Source: Octopus sinensis (Eukaryota). Taken from it: 64,000 bases of DNA. Below the pieces are notes generated by a model, which was not told the DNA's origin, ran no database searches, and saw only the letters and a program-made list of their open reading frames with translations. Both the position numbers and the translations under genes were made by a program. The stretch is taken from positions 18,166,001 to 18,230,000 of the forward strand of contig NC_043022.1 in the NCBI RefSeq assembly GCF_006345805.1, written 5' to 3'. Shown in pieces: positions 1 to 12,229 of the stretch (positions are counted from its first letter, which is position 1; the number at the start of each line of letters is the position of its first letter).

Positions 1-125
1 AGAAATGATGAAAAGCAAACTCCACTGAGCGGAATTTGAACTCAGAGCATAAAGGCGGACGAAATACTGCTAAGCATTTCGTCCGGCAAGCTAACCGCCT
101 TATATCAGATGCAATGACATACTCT

Positions 126-537
126 CTCTTTACTCTTTTACTCTTTTACTTGTTTCAGTCATTTGACTGCGGCCATGCTGGAGCACCGCCTTTAATCGAG
201 CAAATCGACCCCGGGACTTATTCTTTGTAAGCCCAGTACTTATTCTATCGCACTCTTTTTGCCGAACCGCTAAGTGACGGGACGTAAACACACCAGCATC
301 GGTTGTCAAGCAATGCTAGGGGGACAAACACAGACACACAAACACACACACATACACATACATATATACATATATACGACAGGCTTCTTTCAGTTTCCGT
401 CTACCAAATCCACTCACAAGGCATTGGTCGGCCCGGGGCTATAGCAGAAGACACTTGCCCAAGATGCCACGCAGTGGGACTGAACCCGGAACCATGTGGT
501 TGGTTAGCAAGCTACTTACCACACAGCCACTCCAGCA
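126..537 (-). mobile_element. SINE B, full length, with internal (TA)/(TG) microsatellite
   Basis: Matches 5782-6175 (+), 47576-47975 (-) and 52842-53209 (-); tRNA-like head ggagtggctgtgtggtaag..gggttcagtccc; (aaagagt)n tail. Confidence 0.88.
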
Positions 538-1549
538 TATTTTGTATTATAGTTTTCTTTTTTTTTTTTTTACATTTCTTATTTTATGGTTGTTATTGTA
601 TGGTTTATGGTAGGCAGCGTAGGGAGTCCTTCGTAAACACGTGCTTCATTCGTATTTATCAGTTTTTTTCCGCTATTCCATTTTCATTATCGTTTCATTA
701 CGGTTTTTCATTATCGATTCGAAACTCAGACACATTGGCAGGGATTTTACTTCCCACGGCCGCCCGAAGCACACGCTCTATGAGTGGCATCAAACGTTGG
801 TTTATCGAGCAGAAATTGAATTGGAAATGGAATTCTTGGAATGGAGATGGATTATTAAAAACAGTAAATGGATATTCATGAAGCATCGTAGATTTACCCG
901 AAGGAAGAATTGTCTTGAAATCCGTTTCTGCTATTCTTGGATTCGCTATATTCTGATGCAATTCTTACTCTTAGTTCTGTTGCTCTTTGATAGTTTTGCG
1001 ACTCTTGTCTAAAATCGTTCGCCGTTTCTAAGTGAAACAATCCAAGTAAATTAGGGAAATGCTAATGGAATGAACGGAAATGGTAGTTTACTCACGTTTG
1101 ATACGATGTTGCTGACGCAGTATGGTAAATGCGGAACTGGTAGTATGTTGTGTAGCTGACGTTCGTTCACCTCAAGCTCCTCCATCTATGAATATTAATG
1201 AAGTATTTAGATACACGCCGTACTGAAGAGATCCAATCATACCGAAATTGTAGCCATATACGAATATATGATGGCTCAACCCTGTAGTTGAAAAGAAAGA
1301 AAAAGAAAAGAAAATGTATTCAAATGTATTTTATTTCTTTCTCTTCACTAACGAGAAAATGGACTACTAGCAAGATTATCTCCCTTGCAGTAGTAATGTA
1401 AAGAAAACCCCAACAAATAAACAAAAAACAACAGCCGATCGTTTACATGGCTGAAAAATAAAGTATTTACTGAATTGTGTGGGTAGAAAATGGAGAAAAC
1501 TTTATGATTATCGATCCGTGTGAGACAGCCCTTGGTTCTATTATACAAA

Positions 1550-2040
1550 ATCTCTATTTTAAAGTGACCCAAATTAAAGTTCCATGCTAATTTATGTTCC
1601 TTACTATACGCTATCTTTATGATGACAAAGTTATTTTAATAAAGACTTCATTATATTCAAAATCAATTAAAATAAAGCTAGTTTATTTCATTAGAAGTAT
1701 GAAAGCAAAAATATTAAAGTGATCTCAAAATCTTCCATCAAAATACCATGCTACTTTATGTTCCAAACTTCATCTTAACAATGATGAAGTTATTTTAATA
1801 AATTCTTCATTATTTTTAAAAAGCAATTGAAACAAAGGTAGAATATTTCAAGAGAAATATGCTAACAAAAGTGTTAAAGCGATCTGAAATAAAACCTTCC
1901 ATTATTTGTTCATGTAAATTTATGTTCCAAACACGAATGTAATAATGCCAAAGTAGTTTTGCTAAATTCTTCATAATTTTCAAAAGTATACGAAACAAAG
2001 AGAATATATTTCACCAGAAATATAATAAAAGGTTTGATGT
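1550..2040. repeat. Three diverged ~164-bp tandem units
   Basis: catgctaatttatgttcc-like anchors at 1582, 1746 and 1910. Confidence 0.7.
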
Positions 2041-2615
2041 ATGCTACGTGCTAATCGTTCCGCGAAGAATGCGTGGTATATTCGTAGCAATTGTTATGAA
2101 GATGCAGTATTGTATGGTTAACATTTGTGAAGAAGTATTTTCCCGCCATTTATAAACGATAATGAATGTCGGTGAATGAACGGTCCTTTGTGAAACGAAT
2201 GCTGTAAAATTAAATGAAGGATGAAAATTTGAAATCACCCGAAAAGAAGGAAAGAAAATCTTTACTTGAACGACCAATTATCAAATCTGTCCGTGTTTAT
2301 TGAGAGAGATTTATCGTAAAAATTGTTTGTTTTCAAATTATTGATGTGTGTCGTGGTTCGTATGTTGATTACACGTGTATAGTTATGGTTCTGTGTGGAA
2401 TTGTTGCGTGGAATTGATATCGATTTGTAATGGCGAGTAATTGGGAAAGGAACTTAAATGTCAATGTTGAGGACCTAACTGAAATTTCAATGTGATAATT
2501 GAATCCGAATCAAAAGATGCATTATGAAGAACGGGGTTAGAAATATATATGACCGCCAAATGCGTTTCCTTGCTTGCATGTGATATCTTCGTCTTTGATT
2601 CTGTAATCGGTAGGT

Positions 2616-3002
2616 GTGGAGGCGCAATGGCCCAGTGGTTAGGGCAGCGGACTCGCGGTCATAGGATCGCCGTTTCGATTCCCAGACCGGGCGTTGTGAG
2701 TGTTTATTGAGCGAAAACACCTAAAGCTCCACGAGGCTCCGGCAGGGATGGTGGTGATCCCTGCTGTACTCTTTCACCACAACTTTCTCTCTCTCTTACT
2801 TCCTGTTTCTGTTGTACCTGTATTTCAAAGGGCCGGCCTTGTCACTCTCTGTGTCACGCTGAATATCCCCGAGAACTACGTTAAGGGCGCACGTGTCTGT
2901 GGAGTGCTCAGCCACTTACACGTTAATTTCACGAGCAGGCTGTTCCATTGATTCGGATCAACCGGAACCCTCATCGTCGTAACCGACGGAGTGCTTCCAT
3001 CC
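2616..3002 (+). mobile_element. tRNA-derived SINE A1 (~387 bp; size and architecture recall octopus OR1), full length
   Basis: A-box TGGCCCAGTGG, B-box GGTTTCGATTCC; 11-bp TSD aatcggtaggt (2605-2615 / 3003-3013); near-identical to three other copies. Confidence 0.9.
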
Positions 3003-3912
3003 AATCGGTAGGTACTTGGTTGTATTATTCTTGGATAATGGTAAATAGAATTGCGAAAGAGTTAATGTTGAACGGAAGGAGAGAAATTGTAAATCGAGCA
3101 GAAACATGAAAGGAATAATTGAAGGAGTTAATAGTTCTGGGTTCTTACCGTTTTTAGATTCTGTCTTGGAGTAACGGAATCTGTTTATTATATAAAGTGA
3201 TGTCATGAGAATTAAGTATGTTGTATAATGGAGGAAGTGATCTATTGGCAGGGTCGGTAGAGCATCGAATAGATTACTTGCGGGAATGGTTCAAGATCCC
3301 TGCGCTCTGGATTGTGTGACTTGAAAGAGATTAGGCTGCTGTTTCAAGCATATCGGGATACCATGTACAGATTCCTTCATTGACTGATGTCATTTCAGAA
3401 TTTGTTGTTTTTGTTGTTTAACCCTCGGTCAGCTCTGATAGGACCACAGTAACCACAGATATGGCCATCCCCTCTTATTTACAGACACAATGTATCGAGC
3501 ACTACATTCCCCAATCTCTCTTATTCTTAGGTGTATGATGGGATTTGAGTGAGATTTGGCTGCTGTTTCTAGCATGTACTGCAAGCCTGCATCGGATGGT
3601 CACGTAATCACTATGATGTGTCTCTAGCAACAGAGACAAGACCTTTCGGGGTCGATAGATAAAATACCAGTGTTCTACTGAGGACGAAAATTAAAGTATC
3701 AGCTCTTCTCTTTCCTCTGTCTGTCTGTTCGTCTTACTGCTTTCGGGGGGGGGGGGGAAATCACCTGCGGCACAGTCCCTGAGAGAGGTGGGCTCTTCCA
3801 GGAGCTGTATGGCACGATGTCGTCGCTCCTCCTCTTCCATCAAAGGACTAACCTATTTATTGCACATGTGATACACAGGGCATATTTCCCCGGCATCCAT
3901 TCATTATAAACG

Positions 3913-4309
3913 ACTAGCAGTATCGCCCGGCGTTGCTCGGGTTTGTAAGGGAAATAACTATATAAGCATTTTTAGAGAGTTATAGCCAAAAAATAGCAAA
4001 AAATGCATTAAAAATGGAAAAAAAATGATGGTAAATTTTTTTTAAAATCGTTGACTCATCGTAGACATTTTTAGAGAGTTACTTCCCTTAGCGAAAAAAA
4101 TGCATTAAAATGGAAAAAAATGATGGTAAATTATTTTTAAAATCGTAGACTCATCGTAGACGCGCGCTAACACCCAGAAGGGCTCGATATGAATCACGAC
4201 TATAAGATACCCGGTTTTGGTTAAACTGCACCGCAAAATGTGGGAGTAGTTAGGAATCTAAATCGAAGGGGACAGACACTCACACAACTACAGTTTTATA
4301 TATATAGAT
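3913..4309 (+). mobile_element. Non-autonomous Helitron/Helentron-like element
   Basis: Starts actagcagtatcgcccggcgttgctcggg (5' hairpin), has a ~100-bp internal tandem duplication and ends ttttatatatatagat; these termini recall HINE/Lep1-type elements. Confidence 0.55.
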
Positions 4310-4770
4310 ATACATTCTCAATTTTTTTTTGTCAGTCACGTGAGAAACTTTGGACTTATGAAAGGAAAGCTTTATGTTACTCTGAACGAATGAAACGAGG
4401 ACTTACAAGTCTGAAAACAATCACGGACGTTTTGGGATAAGCATATGAAAATGCTCTGGACAGACAAAGGGTTAAATTGGTAGAGAGATTTGGCTGCTAT
4501 TTCTTGCACACAAAGCTTCCCTGTTGGCTTATACAACAGACACGGATTTCTTAACCCTTCGCCGGTCCTTTGTCTTAGTACATTTGGTTACACTCAGGAT
4601 ATATTTTCCTAGAGTTAATGCATTTTATATGATACACATTCCCTATCGGTTTTCAACCATCAGAGTAACTTGAGACGTATGAAAGGAAAGCTTTGTATTA
4701 ATTAGAACGTATGATACAAAAGTTAACTAAAGGTGCAGGAGTGACTGTGTGGTAAGAAGCTTGCTTCCCA

Positions 4771-4906
4771 ACACTATGTACAAAACCAAATATATGGCAC
4801 CCTAGGCATAACACCAACACGAACTTCTAACCTGTTGTCTCTTGAGGTCTCTGGGTGACACTTGGAGTCAACTTGTGCAAATACAAAGCAAAATTCAAAC
4901 ATAAAA

Positions 4907-4907
<1 letters not shown>
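4771..4907 (+). mobile_element. 3' UTR tip of subfamily X fused to a SINE-B head (4732-4771)
   Basis: Close match to 44495-44628, followed by the same (TAC)n(AAT)n tail. Confidence 0.8.
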
Positions 4908-4947
<40 letters not shown>

Positions 4948-5003
4948 ATAATAATAATAATAATATAATAATAATAATAATAATATAATAATAATAATAA
5001 TGT

Positions 5004-5082
<79 letters not shown>

Positions 5083-5725
5083 GGTGGCGAGCTGGCAGAA
5101 ACGTTAGCATGCCGGGTAAAATATATAACGGTATTTCGTCCGCCTTTCCGTTCTAAGTTCAAATTCTGCCGTGACCGACTTTATCTTTTATCCCTTTCGG
5201 GGCCGACAGAAGAAATACGAGTCTGGTACCGGGGTCGATGTAATCGACTTACCTCTCGCCCCGAAATAGCTGTCTTTAATCCCATAATTTGAAACCTTCA
5301 TCTCTATATTGAAGCCTAGGAATTCTGTGGATATTTCGTGTGTGAATACAAAACTGGATTTGGTATAATGCAGCAATTTTGGGAAATATTTATCCTTTGA
5401 TTAATTTATTGTAATTACCTTTGCTAATTTATTAGAAAATTGCTGTCTGATTAATGTAAATGAGAGAGGTCAATTCATCCGGTAGAAAGGGCGACTCTTC
5501 AAATGAAGACAACGGTCATGTGACGAACGCAGGGAGTAATAATTTTCCCCGAATGACATTAGAGCTAAAGGTCGTGAACGAAGAAACGTCAACCGTTAAT
5601 CATGATATAAGATTGATCAAATAATACCTTGCAAAATAGCTACAACATTAATCTTTAATTTTAATATGTGTGATAGCAATCCCAAAACTTACAAAAATTC
5701 TCGTGAGTTCGCCGCCTTGATGATG

Positions 5726-5781
<56 letters not shown>

Positions 5782-5782
<1 letters not shown>

Positions 5783-6175
5783 GGCGCAGGAGTGGCTGTG
5801 TGGTAAGTAGCTTCTTTACCAACCACGTGCTTCCGGGTTCAGTCCCACTGCGTGGCACCTTGGGCAAGTGTCTTCTACTATAGCCCCGGGCCAACCAAAG
5901 CCTTGTGAGTGGATTTGGTAGACAGAAACTGAAAGAAGCCCGTCGTATATATGTATATATATATGTGTGTGTGTATGTTTGTGTGTCTGTGTTTGTCTGG
6001 TATGTTTATGTCCCCGTTACTTAGCGGTTCGGCAAAAGAGACCGATAGAATAAGTACTGGGCTTACAAAGGATAAGTCCTGGGGTCGAGTTGCTCGATTA
6101 AAAGCGGTGCTCCAGCATGGCCGCAGTCAAATGACTGAAACAAGTAAAAAGAGTAAAAAAAAGAGAGTAAAAGAG
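5782..6175 (+). mobile_element. SINE B, full length
   Basis: Same head, internal microsatellite and tail as 126-537. Confidence 0.88.
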
Positions 6176-6297
6176 AATAATAATAATAATAATAATGATG
6201 ATGATGATAATAGTAATAATAATAAACTTTTCTACTAGAAGCACAAGACCTCAAATTTGAGGGAAAGTCGATTACATCGACCCTAGTGCGTAACTGG

Positions 6298-6520
6298 TAC
6301 TTATTTAATCGCCCCCGAAAGGATGAAAGACTAAGTCGACCTCGGAGGAATTTCAGCTCAGAACGTAGCGACAGACTCTTACTTAATTTATCGATCCCGA
6401 AAGAATGAAAGGTAAAGTCGACCTCGGCGGAATTTGAACTCAGAACGTAGCGACAGACTGTTACTTAATTTATCGCCCCCGAAAGAATGAAAGGTAAAGT
6501 CGACCTCGGCAGAATTTGAA
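6298..6520 (-). repeat. 82-bp tandem repeat (~2.7 units) of the SINE C core
   Basis: tactta..cgacagact repeats at 6298, 6380 and 6462. Confidence 0.82.
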
Positions 6521-6906
6521 CACTTGCCTAAATTGTCACGCAATGGGACTGAACCCGGAACCATGTGGTTAGGAAACAAGCTTCTTACCCCGCAGCCACT
6601 GTTGAACTCCTGATAGTGAAACCGAATTTTTTCCTTTCTATAATCCGAGGCAACAGTTCCTTGGCAGTAATTCAAGCGCTGTATGTAACCATTAAATAAA
6701 TTAAGCTGGTTTACCTGTGGGAAATTCCTAACGTCTTGTAGAATGACTGCGTTCTCTGTTCCAATCTTCATAGAATTAATGTCTTGTGTTATCATGGATA
6801 AATAATTATTTAGTACTGTTTCGTCTTCTCTTAAAATAAGTCCCATTTTCTGCGACATGTTACGTCGTACACAACTACTGATTTCATAAATATTTTACGT
6901 GGTCTC

Positions 6907-7405
6907 AGGCGGCGAGCTGGCAGAAACGTTAGCACGCCGGGCGAAATGCATAGCCTTATTTCGTCTGCAGTTACGTTCTGAGTTCAAATTCCGCCGAGGT
7001 CAACTTTGCCTTTCATCCTTTCGGGGTCGATAAATTAAGTACCAGTTATGCATTGGGGTCGATATAATCGACTTTATCCCTTTGTCTGTCCTTGTTTGTC
7101 CTCACTGTGTTTAGCCCCTTGTGGGTAGTAAAGAAATAGGTATTTCGTCTGTCTTTATGTTCTGAGTTCAAGTTCCGCCGAGGTCGACTTTGCCTTTCCT
7201 CCTTTCGGGGTCGATAAATTAAGTACCAGTTAAGCACTGGGGTTGATGTAATCGACTTAATCCGTTTGTCTGTCCTTGTTTGTCCTCTCTGTGTTTAGCC
7301 CCTTGTGGGTAGTAAAGAAATAGGTATTTCGTCTGTCTTTATGTTCTGAGTTCAAGTTCCGCCGAGGTCGACTTTGCTTTTCATACTTTCGGGTTCCATA
7401 AATTA
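6907..7405 (+). mobile_element. SINE C multimer (one head plus 184-bp internal unit repeated)
   Basis: Head ggcggcgagctggcagaaacgttagc; ggtatttcgtctg recurs at 7139 and 7323 (period 184). Confidence 0.85.
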
Positions 7406-8515
7406 ATGGCGTTCCATTACTTTCTATATTCTCTAGCTCTCACAATATACTTTTCTAGGCCTGAGATGGACCCCAGTACACAACTTGTCCTTAATTTATC
7501 GACCCCGAAACGATGAAAGGCAAAGTCGACCTCGGCGGAATTCGAACTCGGATTGTAAAGACATGAAATGCCACTAAACATTTTGTCCGGCGTGTTACCG
7601 TGTCTGCTAGCTCACTGCCTGGGAATGCATTAAATATTTTTTTCTACTCTAGGCACAAGGCTCGGGAGGGAAGGTCAGTCGATTAGGTCGACTCCAGTAC
7701 GCAACTGGTACTTAATTTATCGACCCCAAAAGGGCGAAAGGCAAAGCCGACCTCGGCGGAATTTGAACTCAAAACGTAAAGGCAGACGAAATACCTATTT
7801 CTTTATTACCCACAAGGCGCTAAACATAGAAGGAACAAACAAGGACAGACATAGGTATTAAGTCGATTACATCGACCCCAGTGCGTAACTGGTACTTAAT
7901 TTATCGACCCCGAAAGGATGAAAGGTAAAGTCGACCTCGACGGAATGTGAACTCAAAACGTAAAGGCAGACGAAATACCACGAAGCATTTAGCCCGGCGT
8001 GCTAACGTTTCTGCCAGCTCACTGCCTTTCACTTGCTAATAGTGTTCTATTATAAACAGAAAGCCTGAAATTTGGAATGGAGGAGGGGTTGTCAATTACA
8101 TCGGCATTGGCACTTACTTTATCGACCCCGAAAGGATAAAAGGTAAAGCCGACCTTGGTGGAATTTGAACTCAGAACCTAAAACGCTGCAAGAAATACCA
8201 CTAAACATTTTAGCTCCCGCTTTTAATTTTGAACTCAGAACGTTTAGACGGACGACATACAGCCGAGAATTCTCTTAGTTCTTCGCCTTTCATTCTCTAA
8301 TAGTATTCTTTCTATTATATGCACAAGGCCTGGAATTTTGAGGGGAAGGGGCCTCGTCAATTACATCAACCCCTGGTACTTATTTAATCAACCCCGAAAA
8401 GATGGAATCCAAAGTTGACCTCAGCGGGATTTGAACTCAGAACATTTAGACGGACGACATACAGACGAGGATTCTCTTAGTTCTTCGCCTTTCATTCTCT
8501 ATTAGTATTCTTTCT

Positions 8516-8897
8516 GTGGAGGCGCAATGGCCCAGTGGTTAGGGCAGCGGACTCGCGGTCATAGGATCGCGGTTTCGATTCCCAGACCGGGCGTTGTGAG
8601 TGTTTATTGAGCGAAAACACCTAAAAGCTCCACGAGGCTCCGGCATGGGGTGGTGGTGATCCCTGTTGTACTCTTTCACCACAACTTTCTCTCACTCTTT
8701 CTTCCTGTTTCTGTTGTACCTGTATTTCAAAGGGCCGGCCTTGTCACTCTCTGTGTCACGCTGAATATCCCCGAGAACTACGTTAAGGGTACACGTGTCT
8801 GTGGAGTGCTCAGCCACTTACACGTTAATTTCACGAGCAGGCTGTTCCGTTGATTCGGATCAACCGGAACCCTCGTCGTCGTAACCGACGGAGTGCT
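8516..8897 (+). mobile_element. SINE A1, full length
   Basis: Near-identical to 2616-3002; ends in a C-run, TSD not evident. Confidence 0.9.
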
Positions 8898-9455
8898 CCC
8901 CCCCCCCAATATTCACCATAATTGTCATTCTCTAATAATATTCATATTAATTGTATGACAAACGCCAAAGTTTCACAATTCTTACGTGAATGCTACGAAA
9001 GCGACCATTGTCCTCAGATCTTCGAATAACGTTGCTTCAGGGAATGTATATGGCTCTCATATAGGACCGGTCCTGGTTTCGCGAGGAAGCCAAGTGGCTC
9101 CGTCTAACGGAGTAATCAATATTTTCCATCTCAAAAATGTGGTGCAGCATGGTGGTCAGTTATGGAAAGGAAGATAATCGTTTCTAGACAAATCTTGGCA
9201 GGAATGGATTCGAAGGTTGGATATTAAACCGAAGATGCGAAGAATATGCATCTTTTAGTTTTTTTAAACTTTTGTTTCAGCCATTGGACTGCGGCCATGC
9301 TGTAGCAGCATCGATCAAATCAACACTAACGCTTATTTATTTATTTATTTTTTTAGGGTCTTGTATTTATTTTATTGTCCCCTTTTGCCGAGCCACTAGA
9401 GTACAGGTACGTTGACAAACCAACACCGTTGGTAAATCGTTGGTGAGTACAGTGC

Positions 9456-9501
<46 letters not shown>

Positions 9502-9539
9502 CGTATGCACGTATATATATATATATATATATATATATC

Positions 9540-9923
9540 TATACTAAGTAATTAAGGGTTTAGCAACGATTTGCCTCACCACACACCAGATTTAGAAATA
9601 GCAGTCAAAAGAGTTTTGGCTATTCTTTCTACTTAAAAGGGAGATCTCAGTAAAACCACAGCACTTAAAAGGCAAACAACGCAGGCAAAAGAGAAAGAAA
9701 TGACGATAATCATTCTACATTAAGTCACCTACGGACGTACGTTTCGGAATTAAGCCATAGGAAAGCATAAAAATTAAATAATTATGTCTTATCCAACTAT
9801 TTTCCTCCTCAGTGTAGGACTCTACAATTATAAATAATTGCGTCTCAATCATTAATAATTGTGTATTAAATTTGAAGGCACTAGAAGACATCACCTCAAC
9901 TCATGGTATCAGAGCGAGCGTAA

Positions 9924-9926
<3 letters not shown>
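9540..9926 (-). mobile_element. ~385-bp hammerhead-carrying element between two (TA)n tracts (Penelope pLTR-like or retrozyme-like)
   Basis: Non-repetitive block bounded by (TA)n on both sides and containing the ribozyme above; no ORF. Confidence 0.5.
9723..9821 (-). ncRNA. Type I hammerhead ribozyme with canonical core
   Basis: Minus strand reads agtcctaca-CTGAGGA-GGAA..(~55 nt)..TTCC-GAAAC-GTAC-GTC-cgtaggtgact. Core CUGANGA/GAAA/GUC intact; stem II GGAA/UUCC; stem III AC/GU closed by a palindromic GUAC loop; stem I cctac/gtagg extended by agt/act. Confidence 0.75.
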
Positions 9927-9977
<51 letters not shown>

Positions 9978-11384
9978 TTCGTACACAGTGTGTCATACCC
10001 GTACGTTTGGCACAACACCTGAAATGAAAGCCGTTGCTATTTCTAACCGGTCTCTCTATGTGCTTACCTGTTTTTCCTACATGTTTATGCTGACCTGTTT
10101 TTCCTACATTGTGCGTATGTATATGCAGGTCGAGAAATCCTTGTGTGTGCTTGTCACTGTATGTATATATATATGTATATGATGTGTGAATGTGATGAGA
10201 GTGAGAGAGAAAGGAAGAGAAAGAGAGACATATGGAGGAACGGTGTTGTTTGTAATTTTTGTATGTGGCAAAGGGTGCCTGGAATCAATATTAATTGAAC
10301 AGCAATGAGAAATCGATGGAAGTTAATTGACAAGCTGTGTGCTAATAACGAACCTTCACCGTAATGAAAAGCAAAAGAAATGTAATTATGTCTCGATGTT
10401 TTGAAGTTTATTAGTCGAAATGGTTTACTACTGCTACGCCATTCTTTCAATTTAGTGTCAGAGTTTGTTGCGGTTAAAAATATCGGTCAAAAATTTTGGC
10501 ACAAGGCCAGAGGGCTTGAAAAGGGGCTGGGACGAGTAAAGCGATCCCATCGTCCAATTGGTACTTAATTTACTGACCCCAGAAAGGATGAAAGGGGCAG
10601 AGTCGATATCGGCAGAATTTGAACTCAGAACGTAAAGACGGCATGCTAACGATTCCGCTAGTTTGCTGTTTTAATCATGTTGAAATATTGATTTCAAATT
10701 TTAGCACAAGGCCAGCAATCTTTTTTGGTGGGGTGTGGGGTGGATAATTCGATTACAACGACCCTAGTGTTCAACTGGTATTTATTTTATCGACCGCGAA
10801 AAGATGAAAGGTAAAGTCGAACTCGGCGGAATTTGAACTCAGGACGTGAAGACGGATGAAATACAATAATTATAATGGTTTCGAATTTTGGCTCAAGACC
10901 AACACGTTCTGGGGGAGGGTTAAGTCGATTACAATCGACCCCCAGTGTTTAATTGGTATTTAATTTATTGACTCCAAAAAGATGAAAGCCAAAAATCGAC
11001 CTCGGCGAAACTTGAACTCTGAACGTAGCGACAGACGAAACACCGCAAGGGATTTTACCCGACGTGCTAACGATTCCGCCAGTTCGATACTTTTGTTCCT
11101 AATATACTGACTGGAAAGGCAGCGAGCTGGCAGAAACGTTAGCACGCCGTTTTGAGTTCAAATTCCACCGAGGCCGATTTTGCGTTTCATCCTTTCGGGG
11201 TCGAAAATTTAAGCACCAGTTGCGTACTGGGGTCGATCTAATCTACTGGCCCCCTTCCCCATAAATTTCGGGCCTTCTGCCTGGAGTAGAAAATAAATGT
11301 ATACTTTAGTGGCTAGATTTAAATAAATAATGAAACCATATATTTCACTGAAGCAAGAAGTTGGTAAGATGTATCATAAAAAAC

Positions 11385-11715
11385 GATAAACGTCACCCTT
11401 TTCAAGCCTAGCCAGGTTCATGGGCCCGGTTTCCCGGTTTCTGTGGTGTATGTGCCCCCCCTCCAGCTGGACAGGACGCCAGTCCATCGCAGCGTTACTC
11501 AAGAAACAGAATGAGAGAATGAGAGAATGAGAGAGAAAGTTGTGGCGAAAGAGTACAACAGGGGTCGCCGCCCCACCCCACATCCGCCGGAGCCTCGTGG
11601 AGCTTTTAGGTGTTTTCGCTCAATAAACACACACAACGCCCAGTCTGGGAATCGAAACCGCGATCCTATGACCGCGAGTCTGCTGCCCTAACCACTGGGG
11701 TCATTGCGCCTCCAC
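11385..11715 (-). mobile_element. SINE A2 (A head, different 3' half)
   Basis: Same head and middle as A1, then gcgatggactggcgtcctgtccag..gaaaccggg; 12-bp TSD aagatgta(t/c)cat. Confidence 0.82.
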
Positions 11716-12229
11716 AAGATGTACCATGCTTTCACAAATTGTTTTAGGTGCCTGTGTAGTCATGGGCAAACATAGATCCTCTCTTAGCTCTCCAACCACT
11801 TGACTCAGCATAACATCGGCTGAAAATATTGACGAGAAATGTAAGAAGATTATTGTTTTGGAATTGGAAGAAAAATATTTTTTTCCCCCACCATTCGTAA
11901 GCGATAATGAATGTTATTGAATAAACGGTCCTTCGTGAACTGAATCTCATAAAATTAAATGAAGGACCGAAACGAAGTGTTAGAGAAAAAAATGGGAAAA
12001 AGTTTGACGGCAGAAAATGAATTATATGATCGTTGTTGTTGCTGTTGTTGCTGTTGTCGAGAGCTTTTCCGATCCGAAAAGCGATTCCACCCACTTCAGT
12101 TTCCTTTATTTCGCCTCCTTCTAAAATGGTCTTTCAAGCAACTATGGAGACTAAGAAATATTTGAAACATTTGGTAACTATCTCTGGACAGGATCGTTCA
12201 GAGTTTTTCACCGACTCAAGAAAACGAAA

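Noticed and set aside
698-961. 87-aa low-repeat ORF (minus)
   Set aside because: TTG start right after a stop, no recognisable motif and no polypyrimidine acceptor; cannot support as an exon without RNA-seq or homology.
2616-2700. tRNA gene
   Set aside because: A and B boxes are present but it continues into a multi-copy SINE body with TSDs; no complete cloverleaf or acceptor stem.
2700-2951. Recurrent ORF MVVIPAVLFHHNFLSL.. (also at 8650, 37845 and 24739)
   Set aside because: Incidental frame of SINE A1; starts and frames differ between copies.
6600-6858. First ~86 codons of the 156-aa minus ORF look protein-like
   Set aside because: No recognisable domain, and the frame runs on into SINE sequence; a length attainable by chance in 64 kb.
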